DNA of 62,489 nucleotides, counting the filler, from Globobulimina sp. (Eukaryota): assembly GCA_003354225.1 (NCBI GenBank). It is 24 parts of 24 records of this genome, joined end to end, with 100 filler letters (N's around TTAATTAATTAA, not from the genome) between each part and the next. Parts side by side here need not be neighbours in the genome. Positions count along the whole stretch, not along the records: positions 23,482 to 25,989 come from PIVH01006267.1; positions 26,090 to 28,597 come from PIVH01006268.1; positions 28,698 to 31,205 come from PIVH01006269.1; positions 31,306 to 33,813 come from PIVH01006270.1; positions 33,914 to 36,421 come from PIVH01006271.1; 19 more parts are not named here. One strand, 5' to 3'. Every line of letters begins with the position of its first letter. The stretch's first letter is position 1. The notes under the pieces are model-generated. The model searched no databases, was not told where the DNA came from, and was given only the letters and a program-made list of their open reading frames with translations. Both the position numbers and the translations under genes were made by a program. Shown here piece by piece: positions 24,910 to 36,521 of the stretch.

Positions 24910-25258
24910 ATGAATAGATCTTATGAATCATTGGTTAAATATAACAGTGCAACGTTAATTAATACAATGGGCAGAGAGATATCATCAAAATCAAAAGGAG
25001 CTTCAACAACAACTGACGATATATTAAATAGTATATTACCACCACGTGAATGGACAGAGGATGGACTATTATGGGTACAATATGTATCGTCGGTCCCTGC
25101 GACGCGTCATGATGTAGCAAATTTGCAGGAAGAATTAGATAGAAAATTATTACAAAGAAAAGCAAGAGAAACTGGTATATGTCCAATAAGAGAAGAATTA
25201 TATTCCCAATGTTTTGATGAATTAATAAGGCAAATTACTATAAATTGTGCGGAAAGAA
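24910..25258 (+). CDS. DNALI1: Axonemal inner-arm dynein light chain p28, truncated after 'INCAER'
   Basis: 'DILNSILPPREWTEDG...ARETGICPIREELYSQCFDELIRQITINCAER' is near-canonical p28. Confidence 0.93.
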
Positions 25259-26089
25259 GATTACCATTCGCGATGGGATTGTTAGATTTGAAGATTACTA
25301 TTTGCAATAAAATAAATAATAAATTATCAAGAATCATATTAACAAACTAAGTTAAGCAACAATTATAAATATGAATAAATATCTTTGTTTAATTTTTAAT
25401 TTTTTAATTGTTTTATATTTGATTGTTTGTTCTATATTTTTATTTCTTTTATTTGGTTGACTTTATGTTTAAACAAATAATTGTTAATAATATCCATTGG
25501 GTCTTTTGTTTTTTTGTTATATTTTGTTGAGAAGTTTGATTATATTGTACTTACTCAACTTATTTAAGTGTTAATTAAAAAACTTCTTTCCTTGTGCTTA
25601 GAGTCTCAATTTTAGAGACTCGTTGTTGTACAATTCAATCAATCTAATATGAAATGGTAGTTTATGAAAATACTGAAATACTATGAAACAAAAAAATAAT
25701 ACTATAATCATCACAACAATTACTTAAAACTTCGAAAAACACTTAGTGAATTGCATGCAAGGAGCGTGAATAACCAATATTTTCTTCATATATTCCAGAG
25801 AATACATCCCGTTTTTCATTTTGATTATTTTTACAAAATTCCCAATAAAAATACCTTCGGCCTGAACTGTATAACGTCGCTCTAATTTGATCCTCAATAA
25901 TTAATCGATTTGAAATATCTAAAAATTTCGGACAAACATTTAAAAAATATATAAAATTTGACTGTTTTTGCGTTTTCTCATTTAAATCGNNNNNNNNNNN
26001 NNNNNNNNNNNNNNNNNNNNNNNNNNNNNNNNNTTAATTAATTAANNNNNNNNNNNNNNNNNNNNNNNNNNNNNNNNNNNNNNNNNNNN

Positions 26090-27975
26090 CAAGGAGAAGT
26101 GTGAAGACATTATAAACGAAAAAGGCCCGCAATTTGATGCAGCGCAGGTACCGGGACAGGGATGGTATAATATTTCGAGGTATTATAATGGCGCAGGGAG
26201 ACTAGACCCAAATTTCGCGGATCCCTTTCGAATATATCTAGCTACGGAAAATAATTTATTTCAGGACTTGGCTGACGTTGAATGGGTCAATAAGTTAACC
26301 AATACGTTGACTGCCAAAGCAAAGGAGATTTCTGATCAACATCAACATGTAAATATACTCAAATATGCGGTGCTTGACCCAGAACATCAGAGCATTGCAG
26401 CGGAATTTATCGGCGCCAAAGTGTTGGATGCTTTGATTAATGGCAAACCGTTCATAGTTGCTCTGACCGGCGATAGTGTCACATCTGGACATGACAACAT
26501 GTTCATGTCTACCTATCCAATGCAGTTACAATCCCGTTTGAGGTAAGACATGTTTTTAATGGATACATTTCCCTGTAATGTGTTATAAAATGTGTCGCAG
26601 GAAATTTTTTGTAGATACTGGGAACGTTGGCGCTACATTTTTGACTCGAAATTTTGCCGTTGGTGGCGGTCCAAGCAGTGACTCGTTGGGATTTATGCCG
26701 GTTTCTATGGTCACAGAAACATTTCCAGGCAGTTTTAATAAGTTAAGTGCGATATTGGATGACAACTATGATGTATGGTATAGAAATGGTGGGTATCCCA
26801 TCCGTAAATTGGATTTAGTGACTTCTGAGTTTTTTTATGTGGAGGGAAGGGGTTCATATTCCTCGCGGGAGTTACATTTGAGGGAAAGCGCGTATTTGGG
26901 TGCGGTTTGGGCAGTTATTAATCCTGTTCATGGTGTGAATAATGTGAAGGATGCGTGTAAAACATGGCAAGAATTGAATGAAACGATGATGACTGATTGG
27001 ATGGGATGGGATAAACAACGATGGCGGTTTATGAAACATGAATATTTGCACGCAATGGGTATAGTTGCGATGGACCCAAACCACGGTATGCCTGCTTCGT
27101 GTCCGTTATATAAAGCGGGTTCGGAGAAATTGGATGCAAACTCGCATCATGAGGATGATGGGTTGCGTCCGGATGGAGAAATGTTTGCGTATACACCGTG
27201 GTGGTTGAATGTTAACTGGCATCCAAATAGCAGAGGGCATCGAGGTTAGATATATGTGTTTATAACACTAACAAATGCAAATAATATATGCTTCTATTTA
27301 GTTATGAGTGATGTTATAAGTTTTTGGATAATTAATTCTGCCGCAGATTTCGCCAATAAATATAAGGATGAAATTGCAGGATTTAACAATATGGATGATT
27401 TGAATGTATTTTTGAAGGGAAAAGGTGGGAATTGGAAGGAAAATATCTTGAAATCTGTCATGGACAAAAAATATGATGAATGGGTGACCCCGGAATTTTG
27501 CGGAATGTCCAATGTTATTAAGGTATATATATACTGCAAAAACAAGGCTATTTAAAATTTTATCAAGTTTGAGCAAAATAAAATATATAATTGTGAACAT
27601 AGCTTTGTTTTTGTATGGTTTAAGGACAAAACTGATGCGAAACAGTATAATGAGTATTGTGCGTCGGTACCATTCGCATTAACGAATGCTAAGCCAATGG
27701 TGTATAACACACATAATTTATTGTATGAATATGTGTATGATGCGGAGGGGACTGGTACTGTTTGGACAGAGTATATAAAACATGCGGGATGGATGTGGCA
27801 ATCAAGCAGTTCGATTGTAAGTATTGTGAGAAAGAAAGGTGCCGAAGGAAATGGACACGTTATGGATGTTTACATCAAAAAGCATAAATGTGATGGATTG
27901 TATATTATATTATTATTATTTATAGCAGGATTTCATAGTCATACCAATTTGTGTCCATCGCTGCTTTGTGTCTAA
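26090..27975 (+). CDS. SGNH/GDSL-like hydrolase; introns 26543-26600, 27245-27301, 27523-27624; ends uncertain
   Basis: Block I 'ALTGDSVTSGHDN', block V 'WHPNSRGH'; all three GT-AG introns restore frame. Confidence 0.75.
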
Positions 27976-28259
27976 TTTTACATCGCTGCTTTGTGTTTAA
28001 TTTGGTATTAATGACAGCTTCATGAGTTGATACGATGTTACTTACATATTTTGTAGCACATTAAGTTGCTGAGACGAATGAAATGGCCGGCACTGAATTA
28101 GTGACTTTACCAATAATTTTTTGCCATATGCATTCATTTAAATTAACAAATGATAAAATTAATCTTTTGTTTTGAAAAGAGATAACTTTGCCATTGTGTT
28201 TTGTACATCGCTGCTTTGTGTAATTTGGTATTATACAGCTTCATGAGTTGATACGATGT
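27956..28259. repeat. ~57-bp imperfect direct repeat (about 27979-28038 and 28204-28259) plus a partial copy at 27956
   Basis: TACATCGCTGCTTTGTGT..AATTTGGTATTA..ACAGCTTCATGAGTTGATACGATGT occurs twice. Confidence 0.85.
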
Positions 28260-28312
28260 GATGTGCGTTTGACATTTAAAACCAGTCGTGTCTATTTTTT
28301 TAACTTTTAACC

Positions 28313-28597
28313 ATGGAACAACTAATTAGGTTTCGGTTTCTCGCAGATTCATTATTACAAAATGAGTTTGATTTATTTATTAAAACAGCACATATAAATA
28401 TACGAAGCGCACTTTTAAAAGGATTATTTAATTCATTTCAGGCACAAATGCGAAAGGATACAAATAATACAAAATTATCCGAAACTATACAAATTATCTC
28501 AAAAATAATTTTAGCCAGAAATTCAAAACAAATCAAAGAAATTGAATCAAAAAAAGAAGCAACAACATTATCATTAAATGATTTGCCATATGCACTC
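28313..28597 (+). CDS. N-terminus of a probable F-box-like protein, truncated
   Basis: ORF open to the contig edge, ending at 'LSLNDLPYAL' (F-box start-like). Confidence 0.5.
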
Positions 28598-28973
28598 NNN
28601 NNNNNNNNNNNNNNNNNNNNNNNNNNNNNNNNNNNNNNNNNTTAATTAATTAANNNNNNNNNNNNNNNNNNNNNNNNNNNNNNNNNNNNNNNNNNNNTCT
28701 CAATTAATTTTATTTTTTCTCAAACATTTTTTGTTGTTGGACTTAAATTTTTTAACTTTTTATAGCATTCAATATATCAATTAGTCTCAAGGGACTGCAC
28801 CTTGCACATCGAACGGATTTCAATTTGGTTAGTTGTGTCCTGCAGTGTAGAGCAAATATTTGCAGTGTCAGTGAATTTGCGGTACAATGTACTGGTTTAA
28901 TATTAGTAACATGTGAATCAACCCAAAAAGAAAAAAAACACAAATAGAAAGTAACAATTCTACAATAACATAA

Positions 28974-30041
28974 CTAATTAATACTAGCCTCTTGCGAAGC
29001 TATATCAGTTTGCTCAGTCTCTGTTGCATTCCCTGCAGCCTCCTCCGCTTCACTTCCATCTCCATTCATATTTGGATACTGATATGAGATTTGTATCATT
29101 AAATTAATGGCAACGCCCAAAGTTACCCCCAATCGGAACCTCCTCGAATACGTTCTCCTTTGCGCTAAAATTAAAAATATCAATATCCAAATACCAGCCA
29201 CTGAGCCTAAAAACATTCCGCATAAAAACTCTCTTCTTGCTCTATTAGCATCCATCGGTTCATTGGCTCTTCCATCACCAACCTCCGATCTCTCATTATT
29301 CCCTACATTCCCACCAAACATATTCATTTCCCGCTGCTGCAACATTCTCGCCATAGCTTCATCATCTATGCCATCATCGAAATTGTCATAATTAATCTCA
29401 CCATCCTCCAAATTATTATTGGCCATATCACTGCCATAGGTTTGTTTATATACATTCTTTGAAATTGAAACATGAATAAACCCATCGCTCGGGATATTAT
29501 ATTGTGTCATAGACAGTGCATCCTGCAACAATTTGCCACGGTAAATTAAGCGTACATTGCTCCCATTTTGTAGCTCTTGTTTGAAATATTTATCCTTTAC
29601 GTTCCATATTCTCCATGTTTTCATAATTCCAACACGCTTTTTAGTGCCATCTAAAAATAGTAAAAATACATAATCATCAAATGTGTCTAGATCAGTAACG
29701 GATTGTTCCCCTTCTGATTGTGAGTCCGCGTGCGCATCATTTAAGTCTACATCGTCTAAATCATTGCTGGTGGTTCTGTTGATCAAATGGGTGGACTCTG
29801 TGTGTGTATGTTCGTCGTCTGAGTGGTCGTCGTTGATATGTATGATGTTGTCGGTGGAGGTGTCCTCAGTGTGCTGTCTAATCCGTCTATGAGCTGTGAG
29901 TTTAAGTAAGTTAGTTATTTTGTTGTTTGACTGCGGTGAGACGTCGTTTAGTTCGATTTCGTCGCCACTGTCGCAATGTGGTACTGGCTGGTACGGTTTG
30001 TATTTGTTGTTGCTTGAAAAGGTATTGTTAGGTGTATTCAT
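28974..30041 (-). CDS. Ubiquitin-like domain membrane protein, Dsc3/DUF2407-like
   Basis: UBL 'VRLIYRGKLLQD...YNIPSDGFIHV'; UIM-like 'DDEAMARMLQ'; two C-terminal TMs 'EFLCGMFLG...SRRFRLGVTLGVAIN'. Confidence 0.8.
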   Translation of the reverse strand: MNTPNNTFSSNNKYKPYQPVPHCDSGDEIELNDVSPQSNNKITNLLKLTAHRRIRQHTEDTSTDNIIHINDDHSDDEHTHTESTHLINRTTSNDLDDVDLNDAHADSQSEGEQSVTDLDTFDDYVFLLFLDGTKKRVGIMKTWRIWNVKDKYFKQELQNGSNVRLIYRGKLLQDALSMTQYNIPSDGFIHVSISKNVYKQTYGSDMANNNLEDGEINYDNFDDGIDDEAMARMLQQREMNMFGGNVGNNERSEVGDGRANEPMDANRARREFLCGMFLGSVAGIWILIFLILAQRRTYSRRFRLGVTLGVAINLMIQISYQYPNMNGDGSEAEEAAGNATETEQTDIASQEASIN

Positions 30042-30423
30042 TTTAATAGAGGTATTGGTGAAAGAACAAGAGAATATTTAGAAAACATACAACATATTTA
30101 GCGATTATTGTTATAAATCACTTATAATTAGCTGCGATAGTGCGATAGCTGACAATTAGCGTCGTGGATTATGAGAGTATATGATTTCACGATTTCTTCT
30201 AATCTGAAGCTGCCATTGCAAGAATGTCCTTGAAAGTTGAAAACTTTTGCTAAAAAAATGTGAATCCTTCATTTATCTTTTGTCATAGTATACAAAGTGA
30301 TCTTTTGAAACATGTACAAAATTAAGTATAAAACAAAGTGATTAAATTGGATCAATTGGCTCACAAATTGGTGCGAGGATAAATAATAACAAATTAAAAA
30401 CAATTGACAAAGTATCCAGCATC

Positions 30424-31188
30424 TCACTGCTGGCTCAGTTTCTCATCATTCTCCATTTTATTCTGACTCTTAACATTAGCGTCTATATCGCTGTACGCTT
30501 TGTATTTCTTTTCAAACGTTGGCTCTGTTGTGTGCAAATCGAGCATACCTTTCATAATCTCATCATCCAAATACGGATTATTTTTATTATTTAAATCAAC
30601 CTCTTTAACAATGCTATCAATATCCCCTCCGGACAACGATGCAGTTGGTGGCTTGGAATCAAATATATTCTCTGCAAAATGGAATGGATCAAACGATGAC
30701 ATCTCAACCTTGCCATTGCTATTACTATTGCTGTTGCTGCTGTTTATTCCAATAACTATCTTTTCATTTCCTTCCATTCCCTTTCCCGCTTTTTCAACAT
30801 CATCAAATTGGCCATCTACGGCTGCTTCTAAATAGCCTCTGTTATTCACCACATTATCATTCGTATTTGATTGTAATTTGGATTCCCACTGTTTGAGTAA
30901 TTCCATTTTTTGTTGTTCTGTGATTGATTCATTGTTGTTTTGCACTTTCTCCTTTTCCTTTTCCTCGTTATCTCCTTCGCGATGGCCTGACATCATTGAC
31001 ATGAATGCATCGCCTCCATCAGAACTGTCCCCTTGGCACGGATTTAACCTTTGTCCTTCACACAATGCTTCATAGCATTCCTGTAATTTATCATAGGATT
31101 TATGCTGGATTTTGATGTCATTTTCTTGGTTTTCCACTTGTAAAAATAAAAATGGTTCATCCGTTTCTTTGCACAATGCATGGACCAT
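30424..31188 (-). CDS. Acidic low-complexity C-terminal exon of an unknown protein
   Basis: 254-codon ORF. Confidence 0.55.
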   Translation of the reverse strand: MVHALCKETDEPFLFLQVENQENDIKIQHKSYDKLQECYEALCEGQRLNPCQGDSSDGGDAFMSMMSGHREGDNEEKEKEKVQNNNESITEQQKMELLKQWESKLQSNTNDNVVNNRGYLEAAVDGQFDDVEKAGKGMEGNEKIVIGINSSNSNSNSNGKVEMSSFDPFHFAENIFDSKPPTASLSGGDIDSIVKEVDLNNKNNPYLDDEIMKGMLDLHTTEPTFEKKYKAYSDIDANVKSQNKMENDEKLSQQ

Positions 31189-31305
31189 TAAATAAATTAA
31201 TTGTGNNNNNNNNNNNNNNNNNNNNNNNNNNNNNNNNNNNNNNNNNNNNTTAATTAATTAANNNNNNNNNNNNNNNNNNNNNNNNNNNNNNNNNNNNNNN
31301 NNNNN

Positions 31306-31757
31306 TTAGGTTTGCTGAGCTTATTAACAGCGTTGGTTTGGTGGATCAATGTTTGTGGTCAGTTTTGTTAATGGATCCGGAGTATAATCCATTGCAATAT
31401 AACGAAACTATGAATAATTGGAATGTCGGCGCTGAGAGTTTACGAAAACGATTGTATTCGAATAGACGGAAAAGTAAACAAGAAATACCGAATAGTTTAA
31501 CTCGCAAAAAGCAAACAAACTATGCTCTTTATAGTATATTAATACATGACAGATATCTCGGAGTGGACATGAAACGGCATTCAGCCGTAATCCCTCAGAT
31601 TTATATTAATATGTTATATGGGCAATATGTGTGGACTGAAAAACATAAAATGGACATCATGCCTTTTATACTGCATTTTAACGGAGGGAGGAAAATGCAG
31701 AAAATGAAAAGATTCATGAGACAACACAGTGATTCATTGCTATGTGCTTCAAAATGA
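31306..31757 (+). CDS. C-terminus of a GT-A glycosyltransferase-like protein
   Basis: 'DQ' motif and 'PFILHFNGG' resemble PLOD/GT-A glycosyltransferase C-termini. Confidence 0.5.
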
Positions 31758-31823
31758 TACAATCCTCTATTTATTTTTTAACTTTACTTTTACTTTCATC
31801 TTACTCTAAGTGTAAAAGTACCA

Positions 31824-32630
31824 ATGTCACCGGCAATGTGCAGCAAATTACGCAAACGAACAGTTTCATTATCACTATTTTCATGCATCATATCAATGTA
31901 TTTCACCAATATATACTTCAATGGCAATCCCATTGATAGCCATCCAAACAATCTTCTATACAAAATTGATCACGAAATTAACGTTCTAAACCAAACCATG
32001 AACAATGAAAATCCGTGGCTCACAAACAGACATTTTTTGCTGCCAACAGCTCGTAGAAATCATGACTGTTTTATAAACAGCAGCCATTTGATCACGTTCG
32101 CCGGCCGTTACGCTCATAACATAGAATCATACACAATTGCCGCCCAACAGTGGTACTCGACGCCCTTCGATGATATTCTATTGGATATCAACCACGTCGT
32201 CGCAGTGACAGTGGACAAAGTACCCCCTCAAACTGGCAAAGAAACGTGGATTCCCTGCGGCTTTCGCAACGATAGAGTCGGTCGCGAGAAATCCGTCAAA
32301 AATGCACTTATCGTCGACTTGCAAACCTTGGCTGTTCGCAAAGGTCCGCCATTATTGTTTGCCGGCGGTGCCTGTGGGGCACTCCCGTTGTTTCTGGACG
32401 GACCAAATAAACCTGCTCATATCTGCAGTTTTGGCGGTACAGACGGCTCGCATAACAGAGGCACATTCTTGAACAGCGCAACCTGTTACAACCGAGTCAC
32501 TAAGCAATGGCATCAGCCCTTTGGAAGCGTGCCGGTGGCCTTTGACCATGGCAATGCTGTATATATTAAAAAAGGAATATGCGGTAAACAGGATCCGGCG
32601 CGTATATTAATTATGAATTTCCGCACTAAA
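31824..32630 (+). CDS. Type II membrane kelch/beta-propeller protein, truncated at a junction
   Basis: Signal-anchor; kelch-like 'ICSFGGTDG...CYNRVTKQWH'. Confidence 0.7.
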
Positions 32631-33690
32631 CATTTGGTGCCATTTTTGGCAACAATCACCGTATTGGCATCAATCTGATTGTTACCAATTTGCGACAATG
32701 GATCTTGTTTAAATGTATAGAGTCTATCGCCGGAGACGTAGAAATAATTATTTTTATCGCAAGCGAACAGTTTGCCAAAGCCAATGAAGGTTTTATTTGT
32801 ATTAAATTGGTTGTAATTGATGTCCAACGAAGGCGGATAAGTCTCAATCGATGTAATGTCCGTTAATTGGGAGTACATTGTAAAATAATTGATGGCTTTT
32901 CGAATTTCATGTACATAGCGAACAAATATCCGAAATTCTGCAATCCGCGCACGTAAAATCACATTTGTATCATCTTTGCGCTCCTCAACCAATTGGAATT
33001 CATAGTAATTGTCGTCATCGTCATATTCATCCACGTTGTTAATGCTAATTTGTACATTGTTTTCGAGCAAATTATATGTTTTTAGATGCGTACACTTTTT
33101 CTTTTTGATTTTTTGATTCGCGTAAATCGAGAAATAATATGAATGAATTAAACCAAATAAAGCTTTTTTATGCCATTTCTGTTTCCCGTCGAGGTTATAA
33201 AAATAAATTAAATGCGATTTGATCGCGGGAATCGGCACTTTGATCATCGAAACGTTTTTATTTGTAAAATATTCCGAGGAGGAAAGGGGAACAAATAGCT
33301 GTCTCTCATATTTATTGCGGATGAACAAATTTCTATATTTCGCAATTTTGTCTTTGTCCGATAATTGCCGCAAATCGTCGTGGACGCTGCGAAGGTTTAT
33401 GTAGAAATTTGGTAAATGGCATTCCCAGACATTGTTGTTGGCGGTCTTGTTGCCACCAATTTTGCTCAAAAAGTCGACGTTGGTGTCGTTTTTCCACGCT
33501 TTTGTGTCCAATAAAAATGAACGGATTTGGTTGCCTGCAATGCCGCGATGCACACCGGCACATTCCACACAGATTACAATCCCGTACGTCATCGACGCCC
33601 AACCGTTGTTACCGTCTACGTCCATTCCACAATCACCACATTTATTGTTGCCGTCTAAAGCAAGAATCTTGGCGATATTCCAATCGATAT
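32630..33690 (-). CDS. ArfGAP with PH domain(s) (ADAP/centaurin-like), truncated
   Basis: 'GNNKCGDCG...WASMTYGIVICVECAGVHR', 'GGNKTAN..WE', 'FIRNKY', then PH-like segments. Confidence 0.9.
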
Positions 33691-33693
33691 CGC

Positions 33694-33762
33694 TGTCGCC
33701 TCAGGATTTGAACCTGAATCTTCTGGATTAATTAATGCAGTGCTCTGCTTGAGCTAGGCGAC
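33694..33762 (-). tRNA. Degenerate tRNA-like element (pseudo-tRNA or SINE head); 8-nt anticodon loop, isotype undetermined
   Basis: GTCGCC-TA-GCTC-AAGCA-GAGC-A-CTGCA-TTAATTAA-TCCAG-AAGAT-TCAGG-TTCAAAT-CCTGA-GGCGAC-A folds as a cloverleaf with a good B box. Confidence 0.7.
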
Positions 33763-33913
33763 TGTTGAGGTTTATTTTTCAAATAAATTATAAACCATAT
33801 GACGAGACAGTAGNNNNNNNNNNNNNNNNNNNNNNNNNNNNNNNNNNNNNNNNNNNNTTAATTAATTAANNNNNNNNNNNNNNNNNNNNNNNNNNNNNNN
33901 NNNNNNNNNNNNN

Positions 33914-34083
33914 TTGCCATCACAAATCATATCGGTATTGATGCATTGCCTGGAACTCGCACATAGAAAGCCTTCTAAACAAAATGTGACTGGCTCCATA
34001 ACGAATGGCTTTGACTGCGCATATGGATGCCGCAATAGTAAGCACCCAAATGCCGCTAATAAGATGACAAAGTACGACCGCAT
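33914..34083 (-). CDS. Secreted protein with an LDL-receptor class A repeat, 3' truncated
   Basis: Signal peptide then 'CLEGFLCASSRQCINTDMICDG'. Confidence 0.75.
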
Positions 34084-34136
34084 TTTAACCAACTGTTTCT
34101 CTCGCGATAGAGTTTTGTATTCTACTTACTAAGAGC

Positions 34137-36421
34137 ATGGCATTTGATTATTCCACACTTGGCAATGAATATGGGGTATCATTACAATTTAATTTAGACG
34201 CAAAGGATTTTACCGACCAGAAAGTAGAAAATGATTTGATCACAGAACCACTCTCCGGAACAAAATGGAAATTCCATTTCCATGATTCATCTCAAATCTC
34301 AACGCCTATATTACATAACAAGCACTATTGTTGGGACTTTGAAGCTGCATTTTTAAGCCCGGTGACACATAGCAATGACTTACAACAAGTCACATTAGCG
34401 GATGACTACACTTATGCAATACTTATAAACTGGAGAGACATCGCCATTTCCGATGATCAAAAATCAAAGAAAAAAGCACCCAATGAACAATGGTTAAATG
34501 TCCAAAAGCACGGCATTCAACAATCGATAAGCAAATCACACAAAAAAATCCATCATTGGAGAATCCCATTACGCGCAAGAATAATAAACCAAACTGGAAC
34601 CACCACAGTCAACGCACCACAAACAAGCACACACTCTCAATTTGTAGATTGGATCACATTGAAATCATCCACCACATCACGCGCCTCCTCAATAGGACTA
34701 CGCACAAATTATTATAACGAATCATATCATTCCACCCCTTCGCGAAACAACAGCCCCTCCGCCTCGGCTCCAGATATTGTCAATAAAAAAGCCACATTTA
34801 TTGGCTGTGACTATAAATTGGATAACAACCAGTTGTATTCAGATTGGCAATTGCTTGTCATCACCGGTCGTAAGCATGCATTCGACGGACCAGACAGTTC
34901 ATTTTGGATTGGTACCATCAATAAAAGTATCCGCAAAATTGGCGGTATCCGCGCCTCGGTACCGCGCTCATGTTTGTATAGCATTGGCAGCGATGCAAAC
35001 AGCAAAGAAAGCAAATACTGCGCCGGCAAAATTGCCAAAGTATTGATTTTTGATGGTGTATTGTCCAAACCTGACATTCAAAAGTTATATGAGAAAATAT
35101 TTGATATCAATCAGGATGATATACGTGCTCTGATATCCAAATCACAGAAATGGTACTCATTGCATTCTGTGTCAAAGCGACGGAGCCGACATCACCATCA
35201 AACATCGCATTCCAAAGCAAATAAAAGCAAAAATAATAAAAATAAGTCAGATTCTTCATCAATATCAAAATCAAATATCGACGCTACCGTTTCTGCAGAA
35301 GCAGACACACCAAAATTAGATATAAATGCGACCAGCGAGTATAGAGAGAACTTACTGCCGACTGATAAACAACGAACGAGCAGCGTGGCATCGATTAATT
35401 TAGACTCAATGGATGAAAATATACGCAAAAAAATCGAGAAACAGGCTGTTATCCAAGAGAACAGTCAAGAAAATGACAATGAATCCTCCAGTTCTTCGAG
35501 CGAGGACGACAAAGCTCAGCGAAAAGTTAAAAAGGAAAATGAGATCGATTCCCCGTCGTCTATGGATACGCAGTCACCGTCGAGGTTAACCACGCCATCA
35601 TTGTCTATGGACACTCCCCCAACGCATGAAAAGTTATTACCGCAGTTAGAAGCTGACATATTGGAACAACAAAAGATTATGGAAGCGGAACAAAAGAAAA
35701 AGGAGAAAAATAACAATGACCCTGGCATTCTTGGCAGGTTTGTCAAGAATATAAGGAACTTGACCACCTCCACTGGCTCTACGCCATTGGAGGACGAAAA
35801 GGATCCAAATGTCATTCATGTGATACCCATACAACACAAAAAAACACACTTAAAATCTATCGATGAGCGAACAGAGAAAATACATGAGACAGAGACAGAC
35901 ACCGCACACATCAAAAAGCTCCGCAATGACCGAAAATCGTCGAAAGGCACTGTCAAAATGCCTCCGTTGCGGGATACGGTGCAACATGTTGTCCTCTATG
36001 AGACCGCGCATAGATTTTTCTTAGTTGGCAGCAATTTGGAATGTACTAAATATTGGATACTCAAAATTGATCGAAAGTTCACGTCCAATGCGTCGCCAAA
36101 TACTTCTCCTGCAAAGAAAGCATACATCAAAAAAGAGCCGCAAAGCAAAACTAAAAAAAGTAAACGAACGACCAGTCCTCCCATAGACCCCATAGATGCA
36201 AAGCATCCGCGTCATGATCGCAGGCGTCCCGCGAATGAAAATAACTTATCGGATCCATCATTTTCCATCCATCAGCACCAAGAAAATGCGCGCAGACGGC
36301 CCGGACTGCATATCGTGGAAGATCGGACAGTGTATAATCGCGACGAGATCACCACCATTTTGTCCATGATCAGAGCAGGCAACAAAAGCAATGGCGGCTT
36401 AACGCAATGCATTTCGGGTTA
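34137..36421 (+). CDS. FIG4: FIG4/SAC3-type phosphoinositide phosphatase with a long N-terminal extension; 3' truncated
   Basis: 'LYETAHRFFLVGSN...YWILKIDR' and 'LHIVEDRTVYNRDEI..ILSMI..GNKSNGGL' are the FIG4 SacN start. Confidence 0.8.
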
Positions 36422-36521
36422 NNNNNNNNNNNNNNNNNNNNNNNNNNNNNNNNNNNNNNNNNNNNTTAATTAATTAANNNNNNNNNNNNNNNNNNNNNNN
36501 NNNNNNNNNNNNNNNNNNNNN

